Shown piece after piece: positions 58,110-64,000 of a DNA stretch of 64,000 nt. Position 1 is the stretch's first letter; each line of letters begins with the position of its first letter. This DNA is from Nanobdellota archaeon (lineage in GTDB: Archaea; Nanobdellota; Nanobdellia; Pacearchaeales; GW2011-AR1): NCBI GenBank assembly GCA_038046005.1, contig JBBSXB010000009.1:7952-71951 (forward strand), read 5' to 3'. The notes below the pieces were generated by a model that saw only the letters and a program-made list of their open reading frames with translations, was not told the origin of the DNA and made no database searches. The position numbers and the translations under genes were made by a program.

Positions 58110-60350
58110 ATGAATGAAGAAGAGGTGAACTTAGAATCTATTCCTAAAGATCCAAAAATATGTTTTCTTAGTAATTACCCTCCAAAAGAATGCGGAATAG
58201 CAACATTTACAAAAGATTTGGTCACATCTATGAACAGGAGATTTAACCCAAAACTAAGATCAAGAGTAATTGCATTGAACGACCCAGCAACGCACTACAA
58301 TTATGACAAAAGAGTAATTCTTGAGATAAATAAAGAAAATCCAGAAAATTATAAACAGATGGCCCAGGTAGTAAATAATTCTCCAGACTTGAGACTTGTC
58401 TGTATTCAACATGAATTCGGTATATTTGGAGGAGAATATGGAGAAAATATCCTACCATTTCTGGAGGAAATTCAAAAACCAGTTGTCGTGACATTCCATA
58501 GTGTTTTGCCTAACCCAGATGAGAAAAGAAAAAGAATTGTAAGAGAAATCGCAGCAAAATCAGCAGGTATAGTCGTCATGGCAAAAACAGCAGCAGACAT
58601 ATTAAATAAAGATTATGGAATCGAGAAAAGTAAAGTCTACCTTATACATCACGGAATACCAAACGCAAAATCAACATCCTCAGAACAGTTCAAAAAAAAG
58701 CTTAATTTAGAGAATAAAACAGTAATCCTAACTTTCGGGTTATTAAGTAGAGGAAAAGGAATAGAATACATGATAAAGGCTCTTCCAAACCTTGTTAAAA
58801 AATATCCTAACCTACTTTATTTAGTTCTTGGTGAGACTCATCCAAATGTGAGAAAAGAAGAAGGAGAAAAATATAGAAACGAGCTCCTAGAGCTTGTAAA
58901 AAACCTTGGTCTTGAGAACAATGTGAAATTCCAGAACAAATATGTAACGCTAAAAGAACTTGTTGAGTACATTCTAGCCTGTGACATATATGCTTTCACA
59001 AATCTTGAAAAAGCCCAAATAACAAGTGGAACACTCGCTTACGCAATGGGTTGTGGAAAGCCAGTAATAGCAACTCCAGTAAGATATGCAGAAGAACTTC
59101 TAGAACAAGATAAGGGAATAGTGTTAAAAGAATTCAAGAATCCAAAACTTTTCGAAGAAGCAATATACAAACTAATTTCAGATAAAGAAGCCATGAAAAA
59201 CATGTCTGAGGCAGCTTATGCATTCGGGAGAAAAATGACCTGGTCAAATGTTGCTGCAGAATATTTAAGAGTCTTTAATAAAGCCGTAAAGCTAAGGGAA
59301 GAAATCACAAAGAAATATCCTGCTATAAAACTAGAACACTTAAAAAAACTAACTGACAAAACTGGATGCATACAATTCGCTCAAGGATCAACTCCAGACA
59401 AAAGCTCAGGTTACACAGTAGACGACAATTCAAGAGCTTTAATAGCCTCTGTGCTACATCACTCTTTAACAGCATCAAGGATCTCACACAATCTTTCTAA
59501 GACCTACTTAAATTTCCTAGAATACTCACAAGAAAAAGACGGCAGCTTTATAAATAATTTCAAAAACGCAAATGTAGAAACCGAAGCGTATAGTGAAGAC
59601 GCAATTGGAAGAGCAATCTGGTCTTTAGGCTATACAATAAGAAAAAGTAAAAGCAAAAAGATAAGCGAGATGGCTGAAAAATTGTTTAACAAAGCGAAAA
59701 GAACAATAGAAGGGCTAGGGAGTTTAAGGGCAAAATCCTATATAATAATAGGATTGTACCATCACTACAAAAAGTTTAGTGAAGGAGCAGACGAACAAAA
59801 AATAATAAAATTGGCAAATTCAATAATCAGCCATTATAAAAAACATTCCAGCCCAGAATGGTATTGGTTTGAAGACAAACTCACATATGACAATGCAAGA
59901 ATTCCAGAATCGTTATTTTTAGCTTATGAAATAACTGGAAAAGAAGAATATTTGGATGTGGCAGAAAAGACAATAAATTTCCTTTCAGACATTGTTTTTG
60001 AAAATGATGAATTAATGCCTATAGGGCAAAATGGGTGGTTCGACAAAGAAGGCAAAAGAGCAATGTTCGATCAGCAACCAATAGATGCATGTTCAATGGT
60101 ATTAGCTTACTTAACTGCATACAGAACCACAAAAAACAGAAGATATTATGAAAAGGCAGTTCTAGCTTTCAATTGGTTTTTGGGAAGAAATCATTTAAAA
60201 CAAATGCTTTATGATGAAGCATCAGGTGGTTGTTTTGACGGCTTGGGAAAACACGCAGTTAACTTGAACCAAGGAGCAGAATCAACAATTTCATATTTAA
60301 TGCCTAGATTAATGTTAGAGGAAATGAAGAGAGATTATCCTAGCATCTAA
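58110..60350 (+). CDS. GT4-family glycosyltransferase fused to a C-terminal (alpha/alpha)6 glycoside-hydrolase-like domain
   Basis: N-terminal GT-B/GT4 features (...GETHPNVRKEEGEKYRNELL..., E-x7-E region ...TSGTLAYAMGCGKPVIAT...); C-terminal ~350 aa helical-repeat domain. Confidence 0.6.
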   Translation: MNEEEVNLESIPKDPKICFLSNYPPKECGIATFTKDLVTSMNRRFNPKLRSRVIALNDPATHYNYDKRVILEINKENPENYKQMAQVVNNSPDLRLVCIQHEFGIFGGEYGENILPFLEEIQKPVVVTFHSVLPNPDEKRKRIVREIAAKSAGIVVMAKTAADILNKDYGIEKSKVYLIHHGIPNAKSTSSEQFKKKLNLENKTVILTFGLLSRGKGIEYMIKALPNLVKKYPNLLYLVLGETHPNVRKEEGEKYRNELLELVKNLGLENNVKFQNKYVTLKELVEYILACDIYAFTNLEKAQITSGTLAYAMGCGKPVIATPVRYAEELLEQDKGIVLKEFKNPKLFEEAIYKLISDKEAMKNMSEAAYAFGRKMTWSNVAAEYLRVFNKAVKLREEITKKYPAIKLEHLKKLTDKTGCIQFAQGSTPDKSSGYTVDDNSRALIASVLHHSLTASRISHNLSKTYLNFLEYSQEKDGSFINNFKNANVETEAYSEDAIGRAIWSLGYTIRKSKSKKISEMAEKLFNKAKRTIEGLGSLRAKSYIIIGLYHHYKKFSEGADEQKIIKLANSIISHYKKHSSPEWYWFEDKLTYDNARIPESLFLAYEITGKEEYLDVAEKTINFLSDIVFENDELMPIGQNGWFDKEGKRAMFDQQPIDACSMVLAYLTAYRTTKNRRYYEKAVLAFNWFLGRNHLKQMLYDEASGGCFDGLGKHAVNLNQGAESTISYLMPRLMLEEMKRDYPSI

Positions 60351-61216
60351 AGCCACTTCAAACCTTCAAAGTCAAACTTAAAGTCAATAACGCTTCTTCC
60401 AAATTTTTTCTTTAAAGAATTTTTGTTCCCGAAGAATAAAACACTGCCACCATTGCCACTGCCGCATATTTTAGCTGCAGTTGCGCCGTTGCTTAATCCA
60501 TCTTTTATCATGTTCTCGACATTTCTTGGCAAAGTGCTTGAGTGAAGTTTTCTTCTGTTTTCAGTCTCTTCATTTAAAAGTTCTGCAAAAGAATTAAGAT
60601 CTTTTTTCTGCAATGCTATTTTCATCTCTTTTGCAATATCTCTAATTCTCAAAAGTTCTTTTATATTTTTCCCTTTCTTAAAGTTCTCAATCATATTTTT
60701 GTTAGAACTTCCTGCAAAATGTGGTTTCCCAGTGTAAACAAGGACAAGTTTATTCTCAAGTTCTCTAACAAAATCCTTAGGTAACTTTAATTGTTCAACT
60801 TTAACTTTTCCATTTTTAAATTCAAGGTAATTTATTCCCCCAAAAGCTCCGGCATACTGATCTTGTTTTCCCCCAACAATTCCCAAACTTTGTTCAAGTT
60901 TGTAAACTCCTTCTGCAAGTTCCTCTCTTTTTTTAAAGTTTATTCCATTTTTTTTGTGTAATTTTACTTGAGAAATCAAAGCAAGCCAAACTAGATTCAT
61001 AACACCGCTAGTTCCCAAACCGCTTGAAGTTGGAGTATGCCCAGTATACTCAAGATGAACGTTTTTATCTGTTTTTATTATTTTTCCAACAACATATCTG
61101 TTAATCCCGCAATTCAAAACAGCCCCACCATATTTGTCTGCAAATACAGATATATCTGTAGTTCCTCCTGCAAAATCAACTCTTACAGGTGCTCTGACTT
61201 TTTTTATTTCTTTCAT
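60347..61216 (-). CDS. GHMP-family sugar kinase
   Basis: VRVDFAGGTTDI N-terminus and GHMP motif PTSSGLGTSGV. Confidence 0.7.
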   Translation of the reverse strand: MKEIKKVRAPVRVDFAGGTTDISVFADKYGGAVLNCGINRYVVGKIIKTDKNVHLEYTGHTPTSSGLGTSGVMNLVWLALISQVKLHKKNGINFKKREELAEGVYKLEQSLGIVGGKQDQYAGAFGGINYLEFKNGKVKVEQLKLPKDFVRELENKLVLVYTGKPHFAGSSNKNMIENFKKGKNIKELLRIRDIAKEMKIALQKKDLNSFAELLNEETENRRKLHSSTLPRNVENMIKDGLSNGATAAKICGSGNGGSVLFFGNKNSLKKKFGRSVIDFKFDFEGLKWL

Positions 61217-61554
61217 TTTTTATTTTTTTTAGGTTTTATTTTTTTATATAAGAAAGATACTAAACAAATTATTAAATACCAAAAAATACCATCAATAATT
61301 AAATAAAATAAAGAAAAATTTGCTGTCCTGACCCCACAATCATACACAAGTTCGGAGCTAAGAAGACTGGGGCCAGACACTATCTCTTCTAAAAATTTAA
61401 ATGGACTACCCGCAGATCTAAGGCATGGACAAGGATCACAAAGAGCAAGGAAATAAAATCCTATAAAAAACATTAATAAGAATATTAATATTAAGAAAAT
61501 GAATTTACCCCTCGTAGGCTTAAAAAATTCTTTTGTGTTATTTTTCTTTATCAT
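61213..61554 (-). CDS. small membrane protein
   Basis: TM helices; 4-nt overlaps with both flanking genes. Confidence 0.3.
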   Translation of the reverse strand: MIKKNNTKEFFKPTRGKFIFLILIFLLMFFIGFYFLALCDPCPCLRSAGSPFKFLEEIVSGPSLLSSELVYDCGVRTANFSLFYLIIDGIFWYLIICLVSFLYKKIKPKKNKK

Positions 61555-62366
61555 CTTACCAGCAAACTTGCCCCCAAAAGTCCAGGATGTTCAATCTTGC
61601 TCCATTCTATAGGTGTTTTTTTAGGAAGAACGCTATATTTCCATGCTTTCTTTCTTATCATATTCAAAAAAACATTTCCACTCTCTCTAGCCCCACCCAT
61701 TAAAACAACAACTTCCGGATCAAAAACATTTATCATGCTTCCAATTCCTTCTCCAAGATAAAGCGTCACATCATCCAAAATCTTCTTAGCTCTTTTATCT
61801 TTCATTTCTAAAAGCTCTTTTATAAGCAAAACTTTTCCAAAATGTTTTATTGATTCTTTTTTATGCATTTTCCACATACTCTCAAAATCTTTTCCATTAT
61901 TTAGAATAATATGCCCCATCTCGCCTGCAAATCCCCCTCCCTTATACAATTTTCCATTTATTATTATTCCTCCTCCAATTCCTGTCCCAAAAGTTAAAAT
62001 TATAAAATTTTTCTTCCTCACACCATAATACATCTCAGACAAAGCAACACACTTTGCATCATTTTCAACCTCAACTCTAACTTTAAACTTCTTTTTCAAA
62101 TAGTCCTTAAGATCAAAATTTCTCAAGGGTAAATTTGGGGGGTTTTTTATCACGCCATTTAACAATGGACCCGGACTCCCAACACAAATTGCTTTAACCC
62201 CTTTCCCCATCAAACCTGAAACAGAATCAAAAATAGCCTTAATCAACGCCTTGCCAGTTTTAGGAGTTGGAACTCTTGTATAGTCTATAATCTTTCCATT
62301 AGTAACAATAGCGGTTCTCAAATTTGTTCCTCCCAAATCAACAGCAATGACTTTATTTCCGACCAT
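61551..62366 (-). CDS. ROK-family sugar kinase (glucokinase-like)
   Basis: VIAVDLGGTNLRTAIV, GTGIGGGIIINGKLYKGGGFAGEMGH. Confidence 0.85.
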   Translation of the reverse strand: MVGNKVIAVDLGGTNLRTAIVTNGKIIDYTRVPTPKTGKALIKAIFDSVSGLMGKGVKAICVGSPGPLLNGVIKNPPNLPLRNFDLKDYLKKKFKVRVEVENDAKCVALSEMYYGVRKKNFIILTFGTGIGGGIIINGKLYKGGGFAGEMGHIILNNGKDFESMWKMHKKESIKHFGKVLLIKELLEMKDKRAKKILDDVTLYLGEGIGSMINVFDPEVVVLMGGARESGNVFLNMIRKKAWKYSVLPKKTPIEWSKIEHPGLLGASLLVR

Positions 62367-62685
62367 ACTTATCCTCCAATCTTATAATATCATTTTCATC
62401 AAAATCACCATATGAAACTTCAAGAACTCTAACTCTTTTTGGTCCAGCAATAATTCTATGTTTTGTTTTCCTTGGAACTTTAACAAAATCTCCTTCTTTG
62501 ACCTTGAACTTTCTATTGCCAACAACTGCAAATCCTGACTCAAGAAAATACCAATTCTCCTCTCTTTTGTTATGGTATTGCAAACTAAACTCCTGTCCAG
62601 GCTTCACTTCAAGAATCTTAATAGTACATTTTTTGTTTTTTGCAAACCCCTTGAAATTCCCCCAAGGACGAATCACCTTTTTCAT
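62353..62685 (-). CDS. cupin-domain protein (type II phosphomannose isomerase-like cupin)
   Basis: RPWG...G..FSLQYHNKREE.WY.L.G motif typical of MPI-type cupins. Confidence 0.7.
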   Translation of the reverse strand: MKKVIRPWGNFKGFAKNKKCTIKILEVKPGQEFSLQYHNKREENWYFLESGFAVVGNRKFKVKEGDFVKVPRKTKHRIIAGPKRVRVLEVSYGDFDENDIIRLEDKYGRK

Positions 62686-62721
62686 AAGAACATTAGATAA
62701 ATTTAACTTAAATACTTTATC

Positions 62722-63633
62722 TTAAGAACCTTCATTGGGAAACTGCCCTTTTGCAACTAAATTAAGCGAGGGAATGTGAGCCGAAGTTGTAAACACATAA
62801 TTTACTGCTTCACCGACTGAAGTTGGAGGTGCTAAAGTAATTTGCTTTCTCCAAATTCCATTATATTCGTCAGAAATAACTTTAACAGCTTCTTGAACAG
62901 AAAGATTATCATACATTCCCGTATCTACAGCTCCTGGTCTGATTGTTGTTAAAAAAATATTATCTTTATAATTACTTAACATTGCACTATTAGCATATCT
63001 GTCTATTGCCCCCTTAGCCGCACAATGTGTGCCACCATAGGAATATCCTCTTATTGCACTCATCGAACTTACTATAGCAATCCTCGACTCTCTTTGTTTT
63101 CTAAATAAGGGAAGTAAGTTCTGCATCATCAAATGTGTGGATCTCAAAACAGTATTAGACTCGTTTTCAAGTAAGTCTAAAGGTATTTGATCTAGAGGTA
63201 AGTAAGGATTATCATCTTTTAATTTATAACTTCCCGCACCTAATCCAACAGACTGAACCCAGTACAGATTTTTATCTTTAGGAAGACTTTCAACAAACTT
63301 CTTAACTTGAGCCCCATCCAACAGATCCAAAGCAGAATATTCTATTAAACCGCTTCCAACATCTTTCTCAAGTGCATCTTTGATGTTTTGTAATTTATCT
63401 TCAGAAGTTGAAACCATATGAACAATAGCACCATTTCTAGCTAAAAATCCTGCTACTGCTGTGCCAATGTTTGCTTTCATCTTTTTATGATCAATAGAGA
63501 TATAATCTGCACTATCTTCTCCAGATACAATATCTCTAAAAGTGTTGGTAGCTGGCTTATATCCACATCCAGTTACAACTATTCTTTTCCCATTTAGTCT
63601 TCTTGATTTCGCAATATCTTCTAGTCTTTTCAT
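62722..63633 (-). CDS. Rossmann-fold short-chain dehydrogenase/reductase-like oxidoreductase
   Basis: GKRIVVTGCG; cofactor-binding NIGTAVAGFLARNGAIVHMV; YGGTHCAAKGAID active-site region. Confidence 0.5.
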   Translation of the reverse strand: MKRLEDIAKSRRLNGKRIVVTGCGYKPATNTFRDIVSGEDSADYISIDHKKMKANIGTAVAGFLARNGAIVHMVSTSEDKLQNIKDALEKDVGSGLIEYSALDLLDGAQVKKFVESLPKDKNLYWVQSVGLGAGSYKLKDDNPYLPLDQIPLDLLENESNTVLRSTHLMMQNLLPLFRKQRESRIAIVSSMSAIRGYSYGGTHCAAKGAIDRYANSAMLSNYKDNIFLTTIRPGAVDTGMYDNLSVQEAVKVISDEYNGIWRKQITLAPPTSVGEAVNYVFTTSAHIPSLNLVAKGQFPNEGS

Positions 63634-63700
63634 TTAAAATTTAGTAATTTTAATTACTAAAAAATAGTAGCATCGTGTTTTAACTAAATTTACCCGACAA

Positions 63701-64000
63701 TTATCGGTAATTTAAGAAGTGGCTTATTATTTTGTTTTCCGCTTTTCTAAGGTTTTCCTGAAAAGTTGAATAGGATTTTTTTATCGATGACGCCAATACA
63801 GGCAGAGTTAAATTTCTAGGATAGTTATAATATCCATTCTTGTAGGCTAATTTAATAGCTTCAAGCTGTTTATCAGTTACATCTGGAGCAATATTAACTG
63901 TAGAAATGGTTTTTATTTTCTCATTATTTATTGAAAAAAGCTCACCATGATAATGTTTCAAAGCAGAATTAATTAATTTGTTTAAAGATTCTCTAAGAAC
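63701..64000 (-). CDS. HTH_10 (Bat-type) DNA-binding domain protein, 5' end beyond window
   Basis: C-terminal LTDKQLEAIKLAYKNGYYNYPRNLTLPVLASSIKKSYSTFQENLRKAENKII; reading frame stays open to the window edge. Confidence 0.5.
   Translation of the reverse strand, partial: VLRESLNKLINSALKHYHGELFSINNEKIKTISTVNIAPDVTDKQLEAIKLAYKNGYYNYPRNLTLPVLASSIKKSYSTFQENLRKAENKIISHFLNYR

Overview
This window is an AT-rich (roughly 30% GC), densely coding archaeal chromosomal segment. The archaeal assignment rests on TBP, MCM, TFE, aIF1A, aIF2-beta, deoxyhypusine synthase, FtsZ, GatD/GatE and three tRNA genes with introns at the canonical 37/38 position. The proteins are compact and many look bacterial in type (MnmA, FabH-like, HtrA-like protease, Fic, ROK kinase, GHMP kinase, an OMP-like beta-barrel). 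That mix suggests a small-genome, possibly DPANN-like, archaeon. Housekeeping content includes an ATP-dependent DNA ligase, Fe/Mn superoxide dismutase, a sufB/iscU-like/sufC cluster, MCM, an FtsZ operon with a clear promoter, SD and operator-like palindromes, AsnRS, AspRS, ProRS, a truncated AlaRS, GatD/GatE, and a sugar-metabolism cluster. The most interesting candidates are listed here. (1) A cyclodipeptide-synthase (CDPS)-like gene sits 5 bp upstream of gatD in an apparent operon. (2) A DisA-like diadenylate cyclase, an unknown protein and a DHH/DHHA1 phosphoesterase form an apparent c-di-AMP turnover operon. (3) A free-standing LAGLIDADG homing endonuclease with an overlapping AbrB-like mini-gene lies between the two class IIb aaRS genes. 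(4) A protein combines an N-terminal coiled coil with a PD-(D/E)xK nuclease domain (RmuC-like). (5) AlaRS lacks the C-Ala domain and carries a ~135-aa HAD-like insertion in its catalytic core. (6) A Fic/Doc-family protein has a degenerate catalytic motif (QPFVEGNKR). (7) A higher-GC, bacterial-style signal-peptide beta-barrel protein is present. (8) MnmA carries GC-rich Gly/Arg-rich and poly-Asn insertions. No CRISPR array, rRNA or intein was detected.
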